Source: Sphaerodactylus townsendi (taxonomy: Eukaryota). Taken from it: DNA of 64,000 nucleotides. The stretch is taken from NCBI RefSeq assembly GCF_021028975.2, contig NC_059438.1, positions 26,040,001-26,104,000 of the forward strand, read 5' to 3'. Under the pieces are notes generated by a model. It was not told where the DNA came from and searched no databases. It saw only the letters and a program-made list of their open reading frames with translations. Shown here in pieces: positions 16,463-28,200 of this stretch (positions within the stretch are counted from its first letter, which is position 1; the number at the start of each line of letters is the position of its first letter). A program made the translations under genes and the position numbers.

Positions 16463-17529
16463 GCTCACCGCCTGTTGTTTGCAGAGCACTCTGTGGCATC
16501 AAGGCCGTAGAGGCGGTAGAGAGGGCAGAGGCCAAGTGCAGCAGAACATGCAAGAGGTTGAGTTTATGAAGTCACACATCAAACATCAGTGATGCAACAA
16601 CCCAATATTGACTTTGGCTTTAAATGGGGGGGGGGGGAGCATTCCTCAAATGAGGGGAAGAGGCAGTGGTGCGATTCAGCAGGTTTGCACCACTTTGGCA
16701 GAACCAGTTGTTAAAGTGGTGCTTGTAAACAACCACTTGTTAAATTATTCGAGTCCCACCACTGGGAAGAGGCCTCTTGCCTGCCTGTCTTCATCACTGC
16801 ACAACATGCCCTGGGGAATGTCCTGAAATGCAAAGGTTGTCCAGCAGGAAGCAAGGATGGCGCTCTCTCTCTCTCTCTCTCTCTCTGCCAGACAAGACAG
16901 CAAGTGTGTCTTGGATGAGGACCAGAAGGTAGACCTCCACCTTGCCTGTTATCAGTGCCCCGTGACGGCTGCCAGGGAGAGTGGGCCAGGATGTCTTGTG
17001 GCATCACAGAGGCAGAAGCGAGAGGGAGATGCCAGGAGCGAGCATTGCACAGACGATAGAAAGCCACGAAGGCAGCAGGCCAGGGTCCTTCAGGATCACA
17101 GGGCTGGGAGAAGCACCAAGGAGCTCTGGAGTATGCCGCCCGGCTCTTTCCCAAAGGCTGCAGGCACCAGCTAGGAAGGCAAAGAATTGCAGCTTGAGGA
17201 CCTGCTCTCTGGTGCCAGGCAGGGCCTGCCTCGCTGCCCCTGCCCCCCCCCCCGCACCCCCTCTGCTCTTCCGGTATTGGCAGCAGCACAATGAAGCCTG
17301 GGTCAGAGGCAGCCTCTCCACTGGGCCTGGCAGAGGGAAGTACACCGACTGCACCAGGCCCTGCCAGAAGGTGCTGTGCTTGGACAGGGCCTGGCGGCTC
17401 CAGAGGTGCACCAGAGGGCAATGTTTCTGGGCAGGTGGACAATGGTTCTGGGGAGCAGGGTCAGAGGAGGAAGCAGGCGCTGAAGTCTGTCAGGCGCTGG
17501 GAGTCCCCTCTTCTTACCTATTTCCCTAT

Positions 17530-17810
17530 AGCCTGTGTGGTTAAGAGCAGTGGGCTCTAATCTGGAGAACTGGATTTGATTTCCTGGTCCACCACATGAG
17601 TGGAGAACTCTACTCTGGTGAACTAGGTTTGTTTCCTTTGGCCTTCCACATTAAGCCTGCTGGGTGACCTTGGACCACTTCTCTTGGAACTCTCTCAGCC
17701 CCATCTACCTCACAGGGTGTCTGTTGTGCGGAGAGGAAGGGCAGGAGTTTCCAAGCTGCTTTGAGACTCTTTACAGTTGAGAAAAGCGGGTTATAAATCC
17801 AGACCCCTCC
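17530..17810 (+). mobile_element. Squamate tRNA-derived SINE (Squam3-like)
   Basis: gtggttaagagcagtgggctctaatctggagaac...gctgggtgaccttgg...ctctctcagcccca.ctacctcacagggtg...ttataaatcca, shared with other copies in the window. Confidence 0.75.
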
Positions 17811-17892
17811 TCTACAGGGGCTGGGGGGGCCTGATTCCAACCAGGCGGCATTGCAAGGGAGGGGGCCTCGTCTTCCCACTCTGAAATGCCCT

Positions 17893-18943
17893 TGTTACCG
17901 CTGTTTCTCAGGTAACAATATGTGATTTCAGCTCAGCAATGTAATGAGGCGCAGGAAGCCGGCGTTCTTCAAAGCAAAGGATTTTATTTGGAGGTGAGGG
18001 TCACAGCTCAGGCAGGAGAAATCGCACCTTGCAAACAAGCGCAAGAACTTTTATTTACAAACATCAAAGGGGGCAAAGGGGCAGGTGAAAGGGGCAGGTA
18101 AGGGGGCAAGTCCCTTACCGAACACCAATAAGGAAACATCAATACAAAAGAAAGATACAATTACAACTTTTGTGAATGGGATTACGAAATCCCACTGTCA
18201 AGCGTCTTCCCACGAAATCCTGCAATGGTGCTGAAGGGAGAGCGGATAAGGTCCATTCAGAGAATCTGGGTGGGCCTGCTAACGCACCCAGCTATCTGCG
18301 TTATCAGATGGCTGTTTCCTTCAGTTGTGACCTGAGGCTCCCGCGCCTCAGCTCCACAACAAAAGGGGAGTTCAAACTGTCCAATGGTGGTCTCGACACG
18401 TTCTCCAACGGCTGGAACCTCTGGGTGCTGCTATCAGTTTTCATTTGCAAAACCAAAGGGGGTCTTTGTCTTTGCTAAGGAGTCAGCTGGGTATTGGTCT
18501 AAGCTGCATTCCAGGGCTAACTTCCTTGTCCCTTCATATCAGCTTCTACAGGCTACTGCTTTTACTAACAAACACAAATGTCCAAAATAACATTTCTAAA
18601 CTTAAACATTAGGGAAACCTTAAAGAAAAAACACATATACTTATAGGTGAAAATCTCCTAAATTAACAATAACAAAAACCTTAAACTAGCTGGAGACACT
18701 AGTTAAAATATAATCTTAAACAGCAGGCAAATCATAAATTCAACACAAAAGGGGCTTTATATCCAAGAAGGGGCAAAGGCAAGATGGAAATCATATGATA
18801 CTGGCACAATCACATATATACATTCTTTGTGAGCCTCGTGGAGGCTTCTGAACCACACAAGTCTCTGCGTCCTGACATGGAGCCGGTGTAGCCATGTAAC
18901 TTGACTCAAGAAAATATTTTGGCTATTTTCTTGGGCGGTAACA
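17893..18943 (-). mobile_element. Solo LTR (ERV or Ty3/Gypsy type), 1051 bp
   Basis: Termini TGTTACCGC...GCGGTAACA (9-bp inverted, TG..CA), perfect 4-bp TSD CCCT on both sides, minus-strand AATAAA near 17983, and composition distinct from the flanks. Confidence 0.8.
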
Positions 18944-19811
18944 CCCTCAGGGAGTTTGCATTTCCCAGTGACAGCGTACAGGTAGCTGCATCAGTGGGTA
19001 TGTCTGCCCCACGTGGAGGAAGCCGTCGTGGCCCCCAGCTTGTTCAGTGGCCTCGAGGTCTCTCCAACAAGCAGCCAAAGGATCTAGGACTGGGCCAGCA
19101 ACCTGAGGGCCAAAATGGGACACCCAGCAACACCACCCAGGGGATGGCTATCACAGTGTCCTTCAGCATACAGGTGTGTGTGCGTGTGCATGCATGCGTG
19201 TGTGTGAGAGAGAGACCTGTAGATACAGGCAGGCAAGATTGAGTTGTCAGTAGAAGAGACCAGAGAAGCCACAGATGGACATAGCACGGCTAGGACAAAA
19301 ACGATCCATGGAAGGGGTGGGGGAGAGAGAGCCTCCTTCCCTTGACTGCTCTGCCAGCCTCCTTTGCCTGTTGCGGCCTTCTCAGAAGCTGGGGTAGCCC
19401 CAATCAGAGCCCCAGAAACACATCTGGACATTCAAGGCAGATGTTTGCACCTGCAGACAGGCCTCCCTGCCTCCCCCCCCCCGTGTTATGTAACACATGC
19501 TGCCACTTGACCCAGAGTCCCACCTGCGCCTGTTGGAAGCACCCCTCCCTGGGGGAGAGGCAAAGGCATGTGATTGCATCACCTGAGCAGACGGGGAGGG
19601 GATGACGTGTTGCCAGGTGGACTGCGAAGTGGGGCGGGGCGGGGGATGTGCTCAAGGCCATGTCCCTTCTGTCGGGGTCGCAGGGCCTCGTGCCTGCCAG
19701 GCCGTTCTGGCACCAGCATGAGGTGTCCCTGCTGAGGAAAGATATGGCGAGGAGGCCTGGGCCGGGGGCGGGGAGGTCGGCATGTAGCCATGGGGTTTGT
19801 GAGGCACTGAA

Positions 19812-20092
19812 GAAGAGCAGGCTTTTATGCCTGGCTTTTCTCAACTGTAATGAATCTCAAAGAGGCTTACAACTTCTTCCCTTACCCCCTGCCAATAGGC
19901 ACCCTGTGAGGTAGGCAGCGCTGAGAGAGTTCAGAGAGAACCGTCACTAGCCCAAGGTCACCCAGTAGGTTTTGTGGGGAGGAGCAGGGAATCAACCTGG
20001 TTCACCAGATGAGAATTCGCCGGCCACGTGGAGCAGTGGGGAATGAAACCCAGTTCTCCGGATTGGAGTCAGCCTCTCTTAATCTCTACACT
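19812..20092 (-). mobile_element. Squam3-like SINE
   Basis: Reverse complement of the same SINE consensus (ctagcccaaggtcacccag, gggaatgaaacccagttctccggattggagtc). Confidence 0.7.
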
Positions 20093-23000
20093 ACCTGAGG
20101 CCCTGGGGAACCGCCTGAGGCTCTCCGAGCACCTCACGGGCAAAATCAGGCCGACCACAAAGCAGACAGTCATCCTATGGCCTTGGTTCATGGGTCAGTT
20201 CTCTGTGCCAAGATGCTACGGTGCCACAAAGGGCGGCAGCAGCAGCCTCAGCCGAAGTCTATCTGCACTGGGCACCAGGGCCACATGCCTCCGGCTGTGC
20301 ATCGGCTGTGATGGCTGCTTAGTCCTCCCTCCATGCTGGGAAGGATCCTGCCCAGTGGCAGGGCTGGGGAAGGGTAGGCTGATTGACAGCTGAAGCAAGG
20401 CCCCGCCCCTTCTGGCTGGGATGCGCCTGTGCGCTTGTATGCAGAGGAGAGGACGTTTGGAACTTTGCTGTGTGGACTTGCGGGTGACGACTGGGTGCAG
20501 GGATTGCGTCAGGAGTGACCACTGGGCCCTGTGAGGTTTCTGTTGTAGCCCACTGGAACCTACACAGAAGGGCATTGCGCACCTTTCTGGAGAACAGCCA
20601 AGGGCAGGGTTGGAGCTGCCTTTTTAAGAAGGGGGCAAAAGTACAAACTTTTAAAACCGGGACCCGTGTCATGCTTGGCTTTGTCAAAGGCCACAACCAG
20701 ACTTGCCCCCTCATCTGAGAGGCTTTGCCTTCTCCAAAGAGACGGATTTTACACACTGGGAAAGGGGGCGGGCCGGGGGGGCAACGGGTGTGTGGTGTGC
20801 CATCAAGTCACTTCTGCTTCATGACCCCCAAAACAGCCTCTTGTGACCAGCCTTGCTCAGGTCATGCAAACTGAATCCATCCATCTCATGGTGGTTTTCC
20901 TGTTTACCTTCTTCTGTCTTCAACCTTTCCAAGTATCACTGCTTTTTCCAGAGAGTCTTTTTCAGTGACTGTAGCTTCAGTCTAGTGATTTTAGCTCCTA
21001 GCAGCATTGCTACCAGACAAAGCTTTCCTTGGACTGTACTTTATCAGAAGGATGCGAAGAAGCAAGAGATGCGTTTCCAATGTCAACAGTATAAGCGCTA
21101 TATTTTTTTAAAAATGTCCAGGAAAAGACTAGGTCAAAAAACATTCTCCTTGGGTTGGGTCTTTGTGTGTGCTGCAGGAACAGTCAAACATTATAGATGG
21201 ATAAAAGAATGTAGAAGTGTAATTAACATCATTTTATTCTACCACTTAAAAGAGCTGTTGAATACATGTGTATGATATACGGGGGGGGGGGTCATTTTGC
21301 CCTTCTGCTCTTCAAAGTAATCCAGATCTGGCTCTGGCCAAGGGTTCTGCTGAGGTTGCTGGAAGAGATTTATTGCTGCTCGGGGTACCGGAAGCCTGGC
21401 TGGCCCTGGAGACGCTCACCCCTGGGGGCTTCCAGGCAATGGGGGGCTTCCAGGGCCCAGCCAGGGGTGACGCAGAGCCTTTTTCTGAGAGAGTTAATGT
21501 GCAAGCAGGATTTGCCCCAGATGTTTGGAGGCAGTCCTGGCTCGGGCTGGGAGCGCAGCCCTCCCCATCAGCCAATGGCTAAAGGCCACCAGCAAACACC
21601 CAGTTCTTGGCTGGAACCCGGTGGGGGGATGCTGCCAGCTGCTGTCTGCCTGTCAGGCATAAAAGGCTTCCAGACAGCATCTGGGCTCTCCGCTGTTCCA
21701 CGTGTGGAATACCTCCTCCGCATCACAGGGACGACTGCAGAAGCGGGCAGGCCAACAGGCGTGCCAGAGCCTCCGTCTCCCTTGTGCTGGGCAGCATCTA
21801 CTGTTCGAGTTTTATCAGGTAAGGCGCTTGGTGTGCTGAGAAGTCAACATGGGTGAAACGGGACCACACGGGTTGCCCTGAGCTCTTGATGAAGGAAGGG
21901 AAGGGCAGATGTGAGGGATGCATGGAGTGAGGAGGTACGTGGGGGGGGGGGGGTTGCGCATCTCAGCTTTTGCAGACTCCTGGCGTGTGAGCATCTGATG
22001 GATCCCTGGGAGGGGGGAACAAATGCACAGTCAGTCCAGGAGCTCCGGGTGGTACACTGCTCACAGAACCACAGAGCTGGAAGGGACCCCAAGGGCCATC
22101 AAGTTCAACCCCCAGCCACGCAGGAATGCATAATCAAGGCTCATTTGTGGCAGATGCACATGGCATGCCTTTTTCTGGGTCTCCCACCTGTAGTATAGGC
22201 AATGCCAGGTGGGGGAAAGCATTTGCAGCTGCCTCTTCCAGAGGATTGCCCAGGGTAGGGGATCAGTCTTGTCCCTTCCAAGTGGCAGGAGTGCTCCAGA
22301 GTCGGGGGCCGAGCAAAGACTTGGCCAGTTCCTGCTCAGCCTGAGATTCCATCTCACTAGAGTTGCCCCAGCCCAGCCCAGCCGGTAGGTGCTCTGCTAC
22401 TGAGCTGCAGCCCCTCCTCAGCACTGGGGCGTGGGGGTGGGGTGGGGGAGGCTGCTTTGAGCTCCCAGAACAAGGGGCTGTGACTCAGCTGCCTGTGGCA
22501 GAGTGGAGATGTTGCCGGGGCTGGAACTTGCGACTCCAAGGCAGCCATACCTGCAGTGGCCCGGAGCGGCCAATGACGGTGGGCAGGGCTGGCCCTAGAG
22601 GCAGAGGTGGTGCTTTGGAGCCTGGAGGAACTGAGATGCCAGTGGATGGATGGGGACATGTTTAGAGACTCATCTTTGAACCCACACTGTGCTGTGGAAG
22701 CTGGCTGGGTGACCCAGGGCCAGTCACATGCTCTCATCCTATCCTACCTTACAAGGTTGTTGTGAGGCTAAAAGGGAAGGCAGGAGAACAATGTAAGCCG
22801 CCCTGGGTCCCCAAAGCAGAGAAAAGGCAGAAAAGGAATAAACACATATTTTGAGTCCAGCACCACCACGTTGGAGGACAAGGAAATTCTCAGGATAGAA
22901 GCTTCTGAGAAGGGAGCTCGGACTCTTGAGAGTTTGGACCTTGCAGATCTTGCTGGCCTTCGAGGTACTTCTGGACTTGAGCTCCTCTACTGCAGGGCAG

Positions 23001-23635
23001 CATCGCATGGCTTCCCTCTGGCACAAAATCCACACGAGAGCTCTGGTTCCCCGTGGGCTGCAGACGGCTCTTGTTCTGAGCCCTTTGCTTTCTCCATTCA
23101 CTTTGCCCTGCAGGTTTCCCCCGGCTGCTTCCCACGCTGTTTGCTCTGCCTGTGTTGAGAGATGAAACATTGTGTGTGTGTGTGTGTGCGTGCGCACATG
23201 CACATCTGGCGACCAAGTGCTTGCAGGCTGCACACATGTCTCTGTTCAGTGCTGTTTTCCTGATATGCACACCAAAAATGGAGGCTACTGATTAAAGCCA
23301 GTTATCTGTCCTGAGTCACACTGTCCCAGGCGTCCAAAGAACAACCAGAATAATATGATTCTTTGACACTCCAAACCCTGACAATGTCTGGTACATTAAA
23401 GGGTTTCAAAAACAGTATTTATTTTGTCAAATTATTTTCCTTTGTTCTGAACTGTTCTGAACAAGTTAATGTTATGTTTAAAGGTAAAATACTTTTAAAA
23501 ATTGCTTTAAGGAATTATCTCAATCTCTTTGAGGCTCTTCTTCTAGGGGTTCAAAGTACAGTTTAATATGTTATCTCAGTTTCATAGGGTAGTCATGATG
23601 GCCTGCAGTGGAAGGCCTACGTTCAAACCCAGTAC

Positions 23636-23756
23636 CAGGGATCTGCAACCTGTGGCTCTCCAGATGTTCATGAACTACAATTCCCATCAGCCTGGCAAGG
23701 ACTAATGGGAATTGTAGTTCATGAACATCTGGAGAGCCGCAGGTTGCAGATCCTTG
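23636..23756. mobile_element. Short palindromic hAT MITE
   Basis: cagggatctgcaacctgtggctctccagatgttcatgaactacaattcccat and its reverse complement. A related deleted copy lies at 50906-50996 with TSD CCCTAGGC. Confidence 0.75.
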
Positions 23757-23804
23757 CAGTAGCCCCTTAAAGACCAACAAGGTTTTGGGGCTATGAGCAG
23801 AGTG

Positions 23805-24365
23805 ATCAAAAAGTACCACAGAGGGCAACCAAGATGATGAGGGGGCTGGAGCCCCTTCGGGCCCTATCAGGGAAGGCGGAAGAGTCTGGAACTTTTCTGG
23901 TTAGAAAAGGGGCCACTAGAGGAGGACATGATGGAGGTTTATAAATTATGCCCAGGGCAGAGAGAACCGTCAGACAGAACTTTTTCTCCCTTTCCCAAAA
24001 TGCTGGCACTCAAGCACCGTAGATTCAGGACAGCCAAAAAGAAGTACTTCTGTATAGACCGAGTAATTAAAATGTGAAATTTGCTGACAGGGGATGTAAT
24101 GATGGCCCCAGGGCGTAGATGGTTTAGACAGATTCACAGAGGACAGGGCTATCAGTGGCAGCAGCCGTGGTGACTAAAGGGAACCTCCACATTCAGGGGC
24201 AGTCAACCTTTGAACCCCAGTGCCAGGAGGCAACGTCAGGGAAAGGCCTCAGCCTCGATGCTCTGCTGTTGGTCCCCAGGAGCTGGTTTGCCACTGTGTG
24301 TGCAAGAGACAGGATGCTGGACTCGATGGACTTGGTTAATCCAGCAGGACCCTTATGGTGTTCGT
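23805..24365 (+). mobile_element. Degraded CR1 LINE 3' fragment
   Basis: agagggcaaccaagatgatgagggggctggag...ggaggtttataaattatg...taattaaaatgtgaaatt..., typical of CR1 ORF2 end and 3' UTR. Confidence 0.65.
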
Positions 24366-25240
24366 AGGAATAGGGATGGAGATGGCAGTCAGAAGGTGGG
24401 AGGGGTGTTGTAAAGAGCGCCCGTAAAGGATGCAAAGGTACAGGTGCTCACTGCAATCAGCTTGGGCAGTGCAAAGGGGGAACGTTTGTGTGGCAGAAAA
24501 TTAGCATCAGTAGTGAGGTAAGAAACCTACATCCGTATTCAGCCCTGGATTAGTGAATGAACTCAAGCTTCAAGGGGAGATTGCAAGTTCAGGTGACTGC
24601 TGAACTTGAGTTCATTCACAAATTCAGAACATTGGACTCAGGGATCTGGCTTCCCCCTTGTGTCTGCCGAAGGGAGCTTTGGCTCTCGTGGGGGGGACGG
24701 CGGGTGGGGGGGCCCTCTGCGGCTGAGCATCGGCTTGGTGTGCAGAAAGGCCCAGATTCTCCCCTCTTGCTTGCAAATGTGCTCTTGCCATGCCCGCCCC
24801 CCCCCTCATCTGACTGCAGCCACCTGCAGAAATACAGCAGCTGCAAGAGAACCGCAGCTGGGGGAAGATGGGCCTCAGCACTCCTGTGGCCTTCCTTCCA
24901 CCCTGTGGGCTCCAGTATGAGAACCACATGACTTCATGGGGCAGTCAACCGCAGCGTTATGGGGCGATTTGAAGACATGGAGGCTGTGGGGGAGGGGAGG
25001 GTGCAGGTGGCCACTCCCTGGGCACTGAGGTGGCAAACAGAAAAAGGGGCGGGTAGATACCACCCATCATGCCTGATACAAAGTTCTTGTGTCATCCTCA
25101 CCTGAGGACTTCATTGTGTGTAAATGGATCCTCGTACGGGACCGTGCCTCCGGAGCTGTGGGCAGGTGCTTGCTGGAGGATCTCTGCCCACCTTCTGTTG
25201 GCACTTCTAGCTCAGGTGCATCTGCTTTGCCTTTCCAGAG

Positions 25241-28200
25241 ATGGACTCGTACCTGATCCAGGTGAAGGGGAAGCCCTCCCTCCCCTCCCTCCGGGATGTC
25301 CACCTCAGCCTCCAGGGGAAGAGCCCATCCTCAGGCCCAGTGAAAGGCCGCAAACCCCACTGGGCAGTCAGGGCCTCCGAAATGTCTAAAAGGACCTTCA
25401 ACCCCATCCGTGCCATTGTGGACAGCATGAAAGTGGCTCCCAATCCCGAGAAACCCCTCATCTCCCTCTCCATAGGTAAGCTGGGTGGAGGCCAGGGTGC
25501 GCAGTAGGGGCTGAGCGGCTCTCCCACCACCGCTGAGACCTCCCTTCCCCTTCCTCGTTTCTCCACAGGGGACCCGACGGTGTTTGGAAACCTCCCTACA
25601 GATGAGGAGGTTGTGCAGGCGATGAAGGATGCCCTCGACACAGGAAACTACAATGGCTACGCCCCTTCTGTGGGTACGTGAGCCTCTTGACAGAGCACAG
25701 GGCCCCTTCCTGCGTCCTCCTGCTGGGCAGGTGGGCTTCTGCCCCCGGCTTCAGAGAGAGAAGCAGTGTGGGCCAGTCTCAGTGGCAGGATTGTGCCCTC
25801 GTGTGCTCAAGAGGGCCACGTGCCCAAAGCATCACTGCCCCCCACCTCAAGCTCTGCCCAAAGGAAAAGGGAGTCAGACCAGTCACAAGACCCAGAGGAA
25901 GGCCGGGCAGAGCCTGCGGGCTGCCAGTGGAGGAGGGCAGGGAGGGAGTCACCTGATCTTAGTTGGAATTTGGCAGCCTCCAGGACAGAGCTCCGGAGAG
26001 TTGAGCAAGGGCCCAAATGCACCCTGTTCACCCTCCTCTCATCCTCCCCCCGCCCAGGTTACCAGTCTTGCCGGGACGTGGTTGCCAAGTATTACAGCTG
26101 CCCAGAAGCTCCTCTAGAAGCTCAGGTAACAGAGCCTGTTGTCGTTGCTGTGTGTCTGTGAGGAACCCTCCCACAGACAAATCTGCCTGCCTGCTCCTAT
26201 TCTTTTCCAGGGCACCAAAGCTCAGCAGGGGGCTTCGGGCAGCCTTTGCTGTTGCCAGCCTTTGCAGTCTGCCCCCCCCCCCCACTCCAAATGTGACAGC
26301 GCAGCAGATGCCTGCCTGCTTGCTTGCTTGCCTGCTGCTGGCGTCACTGAGTTCACAGTTGCCTGCTCTCTTCTTGGCAGGATGTCATTCTGACCAGCGG
26401 CTGCAGCCAAGCCATTGAACTGGCCCTTGCTGTGCTGGCCAACCCCGGGCAGAACATCCTGGTGCCGCGCCCTGGCTTCTCCCTGTACAAAACCCTGGCT
26501 CTGTCCCTGGGCATCGAGGTGAAGTTCTACAACCTCTTGGTAAGATGTGGCACGGCTAGGTTCAGAAAGCATCCCCCCTCCCCTGCTGCCCCCCCCCCAC
26601 AGGCAGGCTCTTTCCCCTCTTCTCCAGGAGATAGTTAGAAGGACAGACAGACAGACGGGGGAGTGGCAGAGGCCATGCAGGCACTACCCAGGGGCTGGTT
26701 TGCAAAGCCTGGGAAAGTGTGTTCCGCTCACCAGGACCTCTCTTGAGCCCCAGGGCGATGCCCAGTCTCAAATTCAGTCGATTCAGGCAGTTTCCTGTGG
26801 CAGGCCCAAGCAGAGCGCCCTCCTGACCCTCCCCTGACCTTCTTCTTCCTCATGCCAGCCAGAGAAGTCCTGGGAAGCCGACCTCAAGCAGATGGAGTCA
26901 TTGGTGGATGACAAGACGGCGTGCCTGATTGTGAACAACCCCTCCAACCCTTGCGGCTCCATCTTCAGCAAAAGCCACCTCCAGAAGATTGTGGCAGGTG
27001 GGCCCCACAGGCTGGTCGGGTGGGTGGGTGGGTCGCTGCCTGGCTCAGCTTTGAGAAGCAAGACAGAGACGCTGCGCCCCCAGCCATGGCTCTGCGAGTG
27101 GAGACCTCTTCGATCTTGCTCTGCCGCGGGGGTTTTGGACAGCCCCACTTCTCCTGGGGGGCCACAGGACAGTTCTGCGCATTCCCCAGGAGCTGCCCCA
27201 GAGAGGGCATGAGGGAGAGTGCCTCCTCGTGCCCTTCGCTCAGGTGTTTGTGGTCCTGAGGCTGAGGGGCAGCTGTGAGGGGAACTCGGGGGGCGGGGGG
27301 GGGGGCTGAAGGTGGTCTCCTCCTCCTGGCTCAGGCCACTGAACGGGTTCCTGCTTTGTCTGTCTTGCCCAGTGGCCTCCAGGCAGTGCATCCCCATCTT
27401 GGCCGATGAGATCTATGCAGAGATGGTGAGTGACACTCGCCGGAGGCCGCGAGGTCTTCCGATGTGTTCTATGGTGGCTGGGGGAGGGCCGTCTCCTGGG
27501 GCGTGAGTGTGAGGTGGCTGGCGTCACCCTAGCCTGGCCTTGAGGAGCACGCCGAACGCCGGCTGCTGCAGAGCCTTTCAGATGCAGGGTTTGGCCTTGG
27601 AAGGGAACTTGTTTGTCACACTTTCTGCTTTACAGTTCGGAGAAAGCTGGTTATTTTATTTATTTCATTTCATTTGTAGGCTGCCCTTCCCCTTGCAGGC
27701 TCAGGGTGGCTTCCGGCATCCAATAAATACAATAAATTAAACATGATAAAACCAAAAATGTGCTCTAACCATAAAACACATCTAGATGGCAGCTAAAATT
27801 CTCATAAGCTAAATACAAGATGTTCCTATTATCATATAGAGGGAAATAGGAGGGGAAGAGGGGTGGGTCGGAGGGGTGGCAAGACGTCGCTTCCTCTGTC
27901 TGGCAGGCCCTGAAGAATTGCACCGAGTCCCACCTTTCCCCTGGTACTGAGTGAGCTCCCTCGGTCTCTGTTTCCAGGTGTTTGAGGACTGCAAGTATGA
28001 GGCCCTGGCCACAGTCAGCCCCCAGGTGCCTGTCCTCTCCTGCGGAGGCCTGGCCAAGCGGTGGCTGGTGCCAGGCTGGAGGATGGGCTGGATCCTCATT
28101 CATGATCGCAGAGATATCTTTGGGAAAGAGGTGAGTGTGTGGGAAATGCACCAGCGGGGGTGCGGTGGGGGAAGCAACAGGCAGGCTGCTTTGGGCCCAG

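Noticed and set aside
16711-17544. 243-aa and 187-aa ORFs considered as the second MARVELD3 exon or a new gene
   Set aside because: No transmembrane pattern or recognisable motif, and the position is wrong for a terminal exon.
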